A stretch of DNA of 64,000 nucleotides from Rebecca billardiae RCC1528 (Eukaryota > Protista > Haptophyta). Within the stretch, counting starts at the first letter, position 1. Every line of letters begins with the position of its first letter. The notes beneath the pieces are model-generated. The model saw nothing but the letters and a program-made list of their open reading frames with translations. It was not told the origin of the DNA and made no database searches. Made by a program: the position numbers and the translations under genes. The DNA lies in assembly GCA_965240325.2 (NCBI GenBank), contig OZ251248.1, forward strand, positions 62,001 through 126,000, given 5' to 3'. Of this stretch, positions 48,675 to 60,643 are shown one piece after another.

Positions 48675-49217
48675 CTCAGTCTCCTCAACAGATGCCCGGT
48701 CGGCTAAGTTGGTCTAAATGGTCACCGTCACCGTGTCGGTTTCAGACAGTGAGTTGTGAGAGTGGTAGCCAGTCAGTCTGCCACTTGCCACCGTAGTGCC
48801 AGCAAGGGTGCCAGTCACCGGTGAGGATATCGTTTGCGTAGCACGGCCGGGGCCGCGGATCTTTTTCCTCGAGTTATTTTTTAGTTACTGTCGTGGGTGC
48901 CCGTGGCGGCGGCGGCGATCATTTCCTGCTGTTCAGTAATCAGTCTTCCGGGCGCGCGCCATGCGCGCGGATGACCCGAGGCCGATCGATGACTTCAGCA
49001 GGCTGCCAGGCTCGTCAGCGTCCCGACCGATGTCCGATCGGCGATCAGCTCCGCCGCGCTGTCAGACCGCTGCGGCGGCCTCGCCCGGGCAATCACCACG
49101 GACAGCACGCTGCACGTCACTCGTCAGGCCGCAGTCCGCCGACTCGTCCGGCTCGCCGAGGCCGAGCCGCCCGGCGCGGCTCTGCCGCGCCGCTCTGGTC
49201 CGACGGACTGCTACTGC

Positions 49218-50901
49218 CTACATGTGGCACACTTGTCCCGAGGGCGCCATGAGCGCCACGGCCAACGGGGCCGCGACCATCGGCGACGGCGGCGCGCCCA
49301 GCACCGCCATCGCCGAGCACGGCCTGGCCAGCCCAGCGGGTGGCGGCGGCGGCGGCGCGCCCGGCGCATAGTCGTAGGCAAAGTAGCCGTTATGATTGTC
49401 ACAGTGGCTGTAGGCTGCTGGCGGCGGCGGCGGCGCGCGGCAGAAGGTTGCGCTCGACGGCGGCGGGAGCGGCGGCGCGCCGTGCGACACGTACGCGCCC
49501 GGCGGCAGCGGCGGCGGCGGCGCGTGCGCGACGAGCTGCGCGGGGCCACTCGGCACGTGCTGCGCATCCGCTGCCATCGCGGGCGGCGCATGCTGCACTG
49601 CCCCGCTCGAGGGCGGCAGCGCGGGCGGCTGCGGCACGCCCGCACGCGCGCCACGCGGGTGCTCTGCCCTCGCGCTCGGCTCGGCGGCCGCTCGCACCCC
49701 GCCGCCCGCGGCCCGGTCGGTGGCGACGCTCGCGGGCAGCAGCTGCGGCAGCGGCGCACCGGCCACAGAGAGGGCGATGGCGGCCGAGGCGATGGCGGCC
49801 GAGGCGCCGCCGGAGGGGCTGGGCGCGGGCGTGACGAGCACCGCGCCGCCGCCAGGCGCCGCCGGCGCCGCGCAGCTCGCGGCGCAGGTGCGCGCGGGCA
49901 GCGGCGGCAGCGGCTGTTGCTGCAACGGCGGCGGCAGCGGCGGCTGCGGCGCGGGCACGCCCACGGGCTGCGGCGGCGGCGCGGCGGTAAGGAAGGCAGG
50001 CCAGGGCGCGGCGGCGGCGGCGGCGGTCGGGCTGGTGTAGCCGTGCGCGCCGCCGTGCGCGGGCGTGTACGCCATCGAGCTGTACGCACAAGGCGCGGGC
50101 GCGGTCGTCAGCGTCATCGGCGGCGGCGCGTGCATCATCACCATGTGAGGCTGCCTGTGCGGCTGCGGCTGCGGCAGCGGCTGCGGCTGCGGCTGCGGCT
50201 GCGGCTGTGGGTGCGGTGGGTGCGGCGCCGTCGCCGACAGCGGCCGCTGCGGCGCCGGCGCGGCGGCAGTGCCGTCGGCCGCCGACTTGTCGAGGCGCGC
50301 GAGCGCGCGCTTCTTGGCGATTTGGCGCCTGCGCCCGACACGGCGCGCGGGCGCATGGCGATGTCAGGCTCGGCCCGGCGCGCGTGTCGGGCGCATGCAG
50401 GCGGTCGCGCGAGCTCGCGCGCGCGCGCGAGCGCGCGCACCGGTTCTGGAACCAGTTTTGCACCTGGCGCGTGGTCATCGCGCAGGGCTGGCTTAGCTGC
50501 TCGCAAACCTCCGGCGTCGGGTACGGCGTGTGGCGGAACACCGCCTCGAGCGTGCGCCTCGCCGCCGTGGACGCATACCGACGGATCGGCCCCGAGGGGC
50601 CGGGCGGCGACGCGGCGGCCGCCGGCGCGGGCGGGAGGCGGAGCGGCTGGAGAGGGGCCTCGGCAGGCGGGCCCGCCGCGAGAGTCGGCGTATGTGCGGG
50701 GGGCGGCTCGACGCCGGCCGCGGGCGACGTGGGCGCAGAGCCCACCGCCACGTCCGCGAGCTGCATGAGCATGCTGACCACGCGCGAGCCCGAATCGTTG
50801 TGCTCGAGGCGGGACTTCGGGGGCCGACTCGATGGCGGTTCGCAGATGCCGTTTCTAGCAGGGCCCCTGAAAACCGTCCAATCGGTCTCGTCGGAGTCCA
50901 T
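49218..50901 (-). CDS. Homeodomain transcription factor with a Pro/Ala-rich C-terminus. Exons ~50901-50441 and 50328-49218
   Basis: LEAVFRHTPYP...MTTRQVQNWFQNR|RQIAKK. The GT-AG intron 50329-50440 splits WFQNRR and joins ORF 49218..50144 in frame. The start could be 50952, 50901 or 50772. Confidence 0.88.
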
Positions 50902-51368
50902 GAACGAAGCCTCCGAAGGGCAACGGTCCGAGCCTGTCCCAGCCTGTCGCATAGGGCCACTTCAGGGAGGTTAGCTACCACGAGACGGCTTCAAGACTGA
51001 CAGTCTTGCAGCTCTGATTCCACAGGCCCTCAACTCGATAGCTGTTCAGCCTCGAAGGGGCGTAACCGTATCAGGCTGGCTACGAAATTGTGAGAGATTC
51101 TGATCCCAAGTGGGGAGCCAAGTGCTCATAAGTCATATTCAAATCAGTTTTACCCAAGGCGACCGTCTGTGAGACTACCGTTGCAAGGTAACTGCTGTGA
51201 CTCTGTCAGTTATGAGGCACAGGCAGGCCGTCTCTGTTGCCAAGGCCCGCGGCGCGGGGCGTGCAAGGACCGCCTTGCCCGACGCCTCACGGGGCGTCAC
51301 GGCCGAGTTCAGAGTGCAGATCCAGGAGGCCTGCCGCGTCCCTGGTACGGGATTGTAACGGTCAACGG

Positions 51369-52531
51369 TCAGCCGGGCCTCCCGCCCGGCGCCGCCTGCG
51401 AGTGCGTGTGGCCGAGCTGCTCCTCCACGTCGTCGAGCCGCTTGCAGACGAACTCCTCGAACTCGGTCGACGACTGCTGCAGCTCCGACTTGACGCGCAG
51501 GATCAGCTCGACCAGCCGCGCGTCCTCCGTCGTGGCCGAGCGGTCCTGCAGGTTCTCCGAGAGCCGGTGCGCCACGAACGCGCCCGCCCACTGCGCGGCC
51601 GCGCCTGCGCGCCGCCGCGGCGGCCGGGCGCGCGGGGGGCTCGTGGGCGCGTGCGCGGCGAGGCGGGCCGGGCGGCGCGGCCGCGCGACGGCGGCGCGGC
51701 GCGCGGCGGCGCGCACCGAACAGCGCGCCCGTCATCCGCCTGCCGATCTTGCCGTGCACGGACGTGCAGTCGAGCTCGAGCTCGTCCGATGGCACGCCCG
51801 GCGGCACGTGCGCGCAGTACTCCGACTGCAGCCGCGCGTCGCGCAGCTCGATGTACAGCCGCGTCGTGATGAGCGCAAGGCCCTGCGCGGCGCACGGGGG
51901 TGGGGGCGCGGCGGGAGGGGGCAGGGGGAGCGCCGCTCAACCGGCGAGTCCGCTCGGCGAGCGGCGCCGAGCGCGCGCGGAGAGGCGGGATGGGCGCGGG
52001 CGGGCGGGCGGCGGCGATGAGCCGCCGCGCGCGCGGCGCGGCGGCCGCGTACCCAGAGCTGGTTGATGAAGAAGACCAGCAGGGCTGCGCGCGCTCGGAA
52101 GAAGCCGCCAAAGAAGCCCAGGATCGAGCTGCCGGCCGAACCGTGCGCGCGGCGCGCACGCGTCGGCCGTGGCACGCGCAGAGCGCGCGCGCGCTGGGGG
52201 GGGGCGTAGCGCGACGCAGCGTGGCGCGCGGCGCGCGGCGTGCAGCGGCACATCACAGCCCCCGTGCGCCGCACCTGAGCAGCAGCAGCAGCGCGCCGCC
52301 CACCGAGTAGACGCGCTCCTCGTACAGCGGCTCGGACGCGCCGTCCGCCAGCCACACGAGCGACGTGACGAATTGGACGAGGCAGAGGAGGCTCAGGAGC
52401 ATCGTCTGCGTGCGCGTGCGGGCGAGCATGCTCGCCGAGAGTGTCTGCTGCTTGCGCACCGCCTCCACGTCCGGCCCACCATCAAACGGCGCGTACTTGT
52501 TGCCCGGTGCGTCCTCGGCTCGCGCCGCCAT
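51369..52531 (-). CDS. Four-transmembrane (tetraspanin-like) protein with a C-terminal coiled coil. Exons 52531-52275, 52128-52053, 51882-51717, 51604-51369
   Basis: Three GT-AG introns give one continuous frame. Hydrophobic segments MLLSLLCLVQFVTSLVWL, VGGALLLLLSSILGFFGGFF, AALLVFFINQLWGLALI and GALFGAAAQWAGAFV. Two Cys lie in the large loop. Confidence 0.72.
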
Positions 52532-53782
52532 GGTTGCGCGGAGTGGACGGCCGTTCAATAGCGCGCAGTCACTACTTTGCGGGTAACTTTACTGCTTCAT
52601 GCAATACGAGCATTGGTTCTGCTCTTATCATAAAATCCGCCAATTGTCCGCCCAATTTTTGGCGCGACCGCGCGGCTCTGTGCAGCCGGCTGGAGGCAAG
52701 GGTGGCCACCCTTGTCGGACCAGGAGGTGAGTCAGGTGACGCTTTCTATCGTAGGCTCGTGCCGTGTATGTATGGCCACACCCCACCACCCCACCCTCCT
52801 CCACCCCGTGAGCCAACACGGGTCACGGCATCTGGGTCACCGCCACTCGCCATTCGGCCCGTGTGGTGCCCGGCAGGCCGCCGGAGTCAATGCCCCCTCC
52901 GGCACTGGTGCCAACAGGGGCTCCCTGCGCGGCATTTGGCCATTGCTCACTGCAGCCATCCGAGGCTGCTGCGTGACAGTCTGAGATTCGGCCCTACGAT
53001 ACCAGCCGCCGCGGCAGGATGAAGATGAGTCAGAAAACCGCCGTAGCGTGCTGCGCAGCCAAGAGGCAAGACCGCCGAGTGCCTGCCCGGACAGCGGCCC
53101 GGTGAGGAAGCGCGCACCGCTAACAGCGGTGCGACGCGCACCGCGGGCGGAGCGCGGTGGGCTCGCGCGCGAGTCTCGGCGTGGGTAGCGTGGGCAACGG
53201 TGCGACGCGCAGGGGCCGACGCATTCGCTCTCCGTCGAGCCGTCGCGCCTCGGCGCGCCGCGCCGTCAAGGGAAGCCATGTCGCGCAAGGCAGCGCGCCT
53301 GGCGTCGACCGGCTGCCGTCCTGCGCCAGTCCCTGGACCCCCCCCGTTCTCGCGGACCGAGACTCGCCTTCGGTTGCCGATATGGACGACGGCGGGGAGA
53401 CGCAGCAGCGGGCGAAGCGCTCCCTGCCAGCCGCAGCAGCGCATGCCGCTGCCAGCCAGCCAACTTGGGCCGAGCGGCACAGGGCCGCCAATGGGGCACG
53501 GGGACGGCGTTACCAGCTGTCCAGCTGCGACCCGCGGCTGGGACTGCTATCTGGCCTCCGGGCCTGCGCATCGCCCTCGACTGGGGCACAGCAGGTCCAT
53601 GCGAGCTGCGCAGCCGCAGGTGGATCGGCTGCACCGACACCCTTGATCAGGTGACAGCCGCGGCGGAGCAGCCCGAGACCCCGAGTAGGTAGGAGTCCGG
53701 GGGCCAGGGCGGCTGGGACTTGGGCAGATGTACAGGACTGGATGATGATTAACATTCCTCATGACGATGGGTCGTAATATTA

Positions 53783-54403
53783 CCGATTTCAGGCACCCGT
53801 GGAAGTCAATCGTCGAAGTCAGAATCAGTTCGGATCAGTTCTGCTTTGGTCCTTCATCCGAATCGATCGCGATCGAAGGGGGTCGCTTGCGATCGATTGT
53901 GATTGGCCAGATCAGTTCGCCGATCCAATCTCGATCCGAACTGAGTTGAACAGCTCATCATTCTGATTTGATCTCGATCGATCGGCGAACCTCGATTGAT
54001 TGGGATCGATCGAGTTTGAGATCGAAACGATCGATTTACGAAACGCGTTCAGCGAATCGATCGACACCTCATCATGACGCCTATGTATCACTTACAAAGT
54101 TGCGACCGATTTAGCTGGTATCAGTCATCACAAAAGGCGAGCCATCGATTTGCTTCTTCATGATCGATTACGATTGATCACGATCGTTTGTGAATCGGAG
54201 TAGATGATCGATCGCGATCGAACGCATCCGTTTTGTCGATCGAAGCCAATCGAATCGTGATTGTGATCGGGTTCGCGATCGGCAAATCGATTCGCGATCG
54301 AACTCGTGATCCACAAACACGATCGATCTCGATCGATCTGATCGGCACGATCGAAGAGGGTCAAAGTGAATCGTGATTGACTTCCACGGGTGCCTGAAAT
54401 CGG
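53783..54403. mobile_element. MITE with perfect terminal inverted repeats and TA flanks (Tc1/mariner-pogo type)
   Basis: CCGATTTCAGGCACCCGTGGAAGTCAATC (53783-53811) is the exact reverse complement of 54375-54403. TA lies on both sides, and the symmetry extends to 53778/54408. The interior is non-coding and GATC-rich. Confidence 0.88.
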
Positions 54404-55385
54404 TAATACTTTGTACGCATAATCATCCACGAGTACTCATCTCGGTTAGCGGCTTTGTGATGAGTAAACAGGGTCGTAGTGTCGAAAACATTATCGGCGT
54501 CCTCGGACTGTTCATGAGTATAGGCCGAAGAACCCGACGAGACGAGGTCGGGTCGTGATTCAGGCTCCTCCCTTCATTAGGGTATGACTATGACCATGAG
54601 AATCAAGCCCGTCCCTTCAAAATGCAAAATTCACGTAAGGGCCCTTGAACGCATGTACGGCCATATGGAAAGCCTAAAAGGCATCTTTAAGCATGGTCCT
54701 GAAGCATCATCAACTGCCATTTCGGTTCAAATTGTGGAATACTTCGCTTCACATTTCGGTTTCGTGCGGCTCGCCCATTGGAGTACTCAGTCGTACTAGT
54801 TGCTAGTAATTGCTATGAACACCTTTGAGGCGTTGACGTCGTCGTCGCCAGATGCTGCTCACCAGATGTATGCTGAGTCGTTTAAAACGGCTCCACGAAA
54901 AGCGCCGATGTCATTGATGTGGGATGATTCGCTTTGGGTTCATCGTCAAATATGGGTGCTCTTAATTACTAGGAGGGCGCGACTGGATCCGAACGAATCA
55001 CTAATAACTCACCAAACAGCGCGCTTGGCGAACGACCACCCGCCTTTCGAATACTCGAGTGCGGCAAACTTTTGCCGCGGCCGGCCTGCTGACCGACTAA
55101 CACCGTTCGACGAGCCCTGCCACTCGCCGCCTCTCAGCCGACATGCCCCGCCACGCCGATTGGCAGTCGGCCCGAACCCACAGCTGCGCACGACCGCGCC
55201 ATCCGCCGGCCGATACCGCAGCAGACACGCACCCGACGACGCCGAGCGCACTCGCCCTCGGTGCGCACAGGCTCGCGCTCGCCCCGGCCGCGCGCGACGC
55301 CGCGTCGGCTCTGGGCGCCGCCCGAGCGCGGCGCGAGCCGCCCGCCCTCGGCGTCCGCGGCGCGGACGGCGCCGGCGCCGCCGCG

Positions 55386-57353
55386 ATGGTGCCGGCGCTC
55401 GTCGCGCTGCTCCTCCTCGCCACGATCGCCCTGCTCCTCCTCGCCCGCTCCCGCGCGCGCGCGCGCGCCGAGCTGCGCGTCGCGCGCGCGGCGATGCGCT
55501 TCTGGTCGCACGAGTCGAAGAACGCTCTGCTCGGCGCGCTGGTGACGGTGGACGCGGCGCACGACGCGCTGGCCGAGGGCGTGGCGAGCGGCGCTCCCAC
55601 CGACCCCGCCGCCGACGCGCCGAGCACGGCGCACGCCGCCGCCGCCTCGCTCGCGGCCGTGTCGGACGAGCTGCAGACAGCGCTCGACACTCTACTCAAT
55701 ACGGCGCGCGCGACCGCGCTCGCCGCGGGCACGTACACGGCGCGGCCGGCGCCGACCGAGCTGCGCGAGCTGCTCGCCGCGTCGGCGCGCGGCGTCGGCC
55801 TCGGCGCGCGCCACGCCCTCCGCGTCTCCGTCGACGCCGACGCCGACGGCCCGCGCGCCTCCCGGCCGCCGCGCCGCGTGCTGATCGACGGTGAGATCCT
55901 GAGGCACGCGCATGCCAACGCGCTCTCGAACGCGACCAAGTACGGCGCGCCGGACGCGCCGATCGTGACGGAGGCGCGGGTGTCGCGCGCGGGCGGGCTG
56001 CGGCTGAGCGTGACCAACGCGCCCGGCCCGGGCCACGACGCGCTGTGCACGCTCGGCGCGCGCCGCGCGACCTCGCTCCTCGCGTCGCCCGGCGAGCGTG
56101 CCTCCTTCCAGCGCGCGGGCTCGGCGCTCGCGGGCGCGGCGCGCGCGCGCGCGTCCGCGGGCGACGGCGGCTGGATCATGGACACGTGCGTGCGCGTGCT
56201 CGGCGGCGCGATGAGCTTCGAGGCGCGCGAGGGCGTCGTCGAGTGGACGCTCACGTGCCCCGCGCCGCTCGCGCCGTGGACGCCGCCGCCGCCGCCGAGC
56301 GTCGTCGACGGCGCGCCGCCGCCGCCCGACGCCTCGCCGGCCGCGTCGCCGCTGCCGGCGGCGCTCTTCGACGCGTCGCTCTCCGACGCGCTCAGCGCGC
56401 ACCGCGCGCGCGTGGCGAGCGCGGGGCTCCGCATCGCCTCCGCGCCGCCCTCGCCCAGCCTCACCACCGCCGGCCTGCGCAAGTACAGCTCAGATTTCAA
56501 TCTCCCGTCGCACGCGTACGTGCTCTGTGTCGACGACTCGCGCGTGCAGCGCGCGCTGCTGTCGCGCACGCTGCCCGCCGCGCTCGGCGTGTCGACGGCG
56601 CAGCTGCTCGTGCGCGGGCGCACGGCGGGCGAGATCGCCGAGTTCGGCGCGCTCGCGCAGCGCATGGTGCGGGCCGAGCCGGGTGCAGTCTTCCTCGTCC
56701 TCGCCGACGAGCACCTCGGCTGCCCGGATGGCGCCATGCCAGAAGGCGCGGGGCCTGCTGCCGCGGGCGTGCTCGGCGCCGCCGCCGCCGCCGCGGCCGC
56801 CGCCGCCGGGAGCCCGCTCGCGCCGTGCGTACTCGCGCCGAGCGGGCCGGCGGGCGCGGACGCGGACGACGCGGACGCGCCGGTCTCTGGCTCGCGCATC
56901 CTCGGCGCGCTGCGCGCCGCGCTCGGCGCCGAGCTCGAGCGGCGCACGCTGTGCGTGGTGCGCACCGCCGCCGACGCGGACGAGGCGGCCGCGTACACGC
57001 GCGCCGGGCTCGCGCACGGCGTGATCGCCAAGGGGCGCGGCGGCGCGGTGGAGCTGCGCGCGGCGCTGGAGCCGCTGTGGCGGGACCGCTTCGCGCCGGC
57101 CGACGGCGGCGGCCCGGCGCGGCAGCGCAGCTTTGGCAGCGCCGCGGTCGACACCTCCTCCGAGCCAGGCTCGCACTCGCCCTCGCCCATCGCGAGCGCG
57201 CGGCCGCAGAGCCTGATCGACGAGCCGACGGGCGCGCGCGCGCCGATCGCCGGGTTCGACCAGCCGATCTGGCCGACGGGCGGCTGTCTGAAGCGGTTCG
57301 TCGCCACGCGCCCGCGCAGTAGACTAGACAGCCTGGCATCGTCGGCGCGCTGA
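55386..57353 (+). CDS. Membrane-anchored hybrid histidine kinase (TM, HisKA, HATPase, receiver), intronless
   Basis: Hydrophobic LVALLLLATIALLLLA, H-box FWSHESKNAL, N-box NALSNATKYG, VRVLGGAMSF. Receiver motifs VLCVDDS, LVLADEH, SGSRIL, VRTA, IAKG. An upstream in-frame ATG exists at 55143. Confidence 0.85.
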   Translation: MVPALVALLLLATIALLLLARSRARARAELRVARAAMRFWSHESKNALLGALVTVDAAHDALAEGVASGAPTDPAADAPSTAHAAAASLAAVSDELQTALDTLLNTARATALAAGTYTARPAPTELRELLAASARGVGLGARHALRVSVDADADGPRASRPPRRVLIDGEILRHAHANALSNATKYGAPDAPIVTEARVSRAGGLRLSVTNAPGPGHDALCTLGARRATSLLASPGERASFQRAGSALAGAARARASAGDGGWIMDTCVRVLGGAMSFEAREGVVEWTLTCPAPLAPWTPPPPPSVVDGAPPPPDASPAASPLPAALFDASLSDALSAHRARVASAGLRIASAPPSPSLTTAGLRKYSSDFNLPSHAYVLCVDDSRVQRALLSRTLPAALGVSTAQLLVRGRTAGEIAEFGALAQRMVRAEPGAVFLVLADEHLGCPDGAMPEGAGPAAAGVLGAAAAAAAAAAGSPLAPCVLAPSGPAGADADDADAPVSGSRILGALRAALGAELERRTLCVVRTAADADEAAAYTRAGLAHGVIAKGRGGAVELRAALEPLWRDRFAPADGGGPARQRSFGSAAVDTSSEPGSHSPSPIASARPQSLIDEPTGARAPIAGFDQPIWPTGGCLKRFVATRPRSRLDSLASSAR

Positions 57354-57776
57354 GTCAGGTCGGTCCACAACGTGCAGGCGGGGCCCTTGCTCACCAGCAC
57401 GACGGCTCACAGTCACCGTCTCACTGATGATGACTGCTACATCGTCATCAATGATTCATCCGCCTCAGCATCACGACCGCGCGCAAGCCAGAGTTCGTTC
57501 GTCCGGTTGACAATATTAATATATCGTGCGGTACTTCACCGTTCACGGTAACGGTCGGTATAACTACTCTCGCGTGTGAGACTGCTGAGTCTGTGAGAGT
57601 GAGATGCGCCTGCTGATGACGACTACTGTCGACTGCTGTGTCTGTGAACCTGAACCGGCGCGGCGTGCCAGCCGGCGTCCGCGCGGGATGATATCATGAT
57701 GATGACGACGACGAACGTCGTCAGTCAAATGTCGTACCGCGATGACTATGTGTAAGTGCCGCCGCCGGCAGTGCGG

Positions 57777-60612
57777 CTACGTCGACTGCCTCTTGCGCCC
57801 TCCGAGCCTCGAGACCGCGCCGAGCGCGCGCCGCAGCCCGCCGAGCGCGCCGCCACGCCGCTTCTGCGCAGACGCAGCCGCGTCGGCGCCCGCGCCGCCC
57901 GCGGCCGCGGCCGCGGCCGGCCGCTCGTCCGACGCTGCGCCGGGCCCCGGCGTGGAGGCGGCGGCCACGCCGAGCGCGAGCCCGGCCGCGCCGCCCTCGC
58001 GCGGAGGAGCGCTCGCCGAGCCACCGCCGCAACCCGCCGACTCTGCGCCGCCATCGTGCGCGCCGCCGCCCACGGGCGCGGCGCCGCCTCGCGCGCCCGC
58101 CGCCGCCGCCGCGCCGGCGGCGGCGGCGCCATCAGCCGGCGCCGCGCCGCCTCCCGCCGCGCCGCCCGCGCCGGCGCCGCCGGCCGGCACGGCGGGCGCA
58201 AGCGCGTCCGCGCCGGCGGGCATGAGCTGCAGCGGCTGCCACGCGCCGTGGGCCGCGCCCACGGCCGGCGCCGCCAGCCTGCTGGGAGGCGGCGGCGCGT
58301 TGGCGGCTGTCAGCACGCCGCCGCTCCCGTCGGAACCACCGCCCGCGTCCGCGCCGCCGCCGCCCGCGTCCGCGCCGCCGCCGCCGCGGTCCGCGCCGGC
58401 GGCAGCCGCGCCGCCGGCGTCGCGCTCGGCGCCCGCCGCGGCACCGGCCGCGCCGAACGCGTCAGCGCTCAGCGGCAGCGGCGGCGTGGCCGCACACGAC
58501 GGGAAGGGCGCGGCACCGCCGCCCGCGCCGCCCGGCTCGCCGCCGCCGCCACCCTCCGCAGCCGCGGCCGCGCCCGGCGGCGGCGTGTGCGCAGCCCCGG
58601 CCGCAGCGCCGAGCGGCGCGCCGGAGCGCGCGAGCATGCGCCGCAGCACCACGATCTCCTCGGCCTGCTCAGCGAGACGGAGCGACTGCACGGCCAGCCG
58701 GCGCTCGACGGAGCCCGCGTCGGCGAAGTCGAGCTCAGCGGCGGCGGCAGAGGCGGCCGCCGCGGCCGCCGCCTCGGCGCGCGCGGAGTCCGCCTCCGCG
58801 CCGCCGTCGCCGCCGCCGCCGCCGCTGGCCTGCCGAGCCGCCGCGCCGCCGCCGCCGCCGTCTGCGCCGCCCGCGCTTCCCGCGCTCGCCGAGTGCGCGC
58901 CCAGCGAGAGCGGCGGCGGGCGCGGCAGCTCGCCCCCCTGCTCCTCGCCCGCCGCCGCCGTCGGCGCCGCCGCGGGTGAGACGGCGGCGCCGGTGGCCGA
59001 GGGTTGACGCGAGTGCGCGCGTGCCGCGCCGCCGCCCGGCTTGTCCGCGCCGCCGCCGCCCGGCGCGAGGCGCGGCGTCGTCGGCCACGAGGCGGCGAAG
59101 CGCACGGTGGGCTGCGCCGAGTGCACCGAGTGCGCCGAGCGCGCCGCGTCGGCGCCGCCGCTCGGCGAGGCCCACGCGCCGCCGCCGTCGGCGCCACCGC
59201 CGCTCTCGGCGAGCGAAGCCGTCGCCGCCGCCGCGGCGGCCTCTGCGCGACCAGCGCGCGCGCGCTCGGCGGCGAGCTCGGTAAGCAGTGCGGCGCGCGA
59301 GCGCACGCGCGCGGAGGGCTCGGCGGCGCCGCCGGGCGCGCAGTTATGTGGCGCCGGCGCGGAAGGCGGCGAGGCGCCGGCCGCCGCGTGCTCGGCGGCC
59401 CAGCCGTCCGCGCCGCCGCCATCCGCGCCGCCGCCGTCGCCGCCGCCACCGGCCGCGAGCGCGGCCGCGGCCGCGTCCGCGCGCGCCGCCAGCGCCATGG
59501 CCTCCGCCGCGTGCCTTTGGTGCAGCTGCGCGCGGCGCGGGGCGCGCGGCGCGCCGCGGCGGCGGCGCCCCGGGGGCGGGCGGAGCGCGGTGGGCTCGCG
59601 CGCGAGGGCGGGCGCGAGGCGTGCGCGCGGCGCGCGCGCACGCCTGCCGCCCTCGCGCCCACCACCGAGGGCCCCGCCGCAAGCGCGCGCGCGCCGGCGG
59701 CGGCGCGGGCTCGCAGCGGCAGCAGCAGCGCGCGCACCTCGGCTGCGGCGCGCGAGGCGGCCGCGCGCTCCTCCGACGCCGCGGCGCGCGCGCGCGCTGT
59801 GGCCACGGTGGGTGGCGCGCGGCGCGGCGGGCGGCGCGGGTGCGCGTGAGCGCGCGCGCGCGCGCGCGCGCGCACGCGCGCGCCGCAGCAGAGGGAGCTC
59901 GCGCACGCACCGCCGCGCGCCGCCGCCTCGGCTGCCGCCGTCGCGTCCTGCGCCTCCGCCAGCCGTGCCAGCAGCAGCCGCCGGTCCGCGTCCGCGGCGG
60001 CGCGCAGCGCGGCCGTCTCCGCCTCCGCCTCAGCGATGGCGGCCTGCAGCAGCAGCGCTCCGCCGCCAGCTGTGCCGCCGGCGGCGTCGGTCGCGCGCTG
60101 CGCGGCCGAGCCGTCCTCAGCGCCGTCGCCCGCACCGCCGCCGCCGCCGCCACCCGCCGTGACCTTCGTCGCTGGCGAGGGCGTGAGGGCGGCGGCGCCG
60201 CCGCCCGCGCCGGCGGGCGGCGGCGCGGCGCCGGCCCAGGCCGGGCGGTGGGCTGGGCCAGCGCGCGGCGTGCGGCGTGCGGGGCTGTGTTGCCTGTGCG
60301 CGCCAAACGCGCCGCCGCCCTCGCCACCCGCCCAGCCCGCGCGCGCCTCGCCGCCGCCGCCGTGCAGCGCAAGCAGCGCTGGCAGCAGCGGGGTCGCCGC
60401 CGCCGCCTCCACGGCCGCGCGCCAGCCGGCGGCGAGCGCAGCGCCGGCTGCGCTCAGCGCGGCGCCCCCCGCCATCTCCTCTGTCGAGCGCGCGACAGCC
60501 GCCTCGTCCCAGTCCGCCGCGTCCGCGCGCCGCCGCGCCGCCGCCTCGGTGAGGTCCGGGTGAGGGCTCGGGCTGTGGTTCAGGCTAGGGTTTGGGGTAG
60601 GGTGCCGCCGCG

Positions 60613-60643
<31 letters not shown>

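Noticed and set aside
47326-49200. ORFs between the protease and homeobox genes
   Set aside because: They show no recognisable domains or consistent coding pattern, so the region is treated as intergenic.
52560-53760. Short ORFs between the 4-TM gene and the MITE, and an E2F-like TTTTGGCGCG near 52657
   Set aside because: There are no protein motifs or clear splice structure, and a single short motif is not enough to call a regulatory site.
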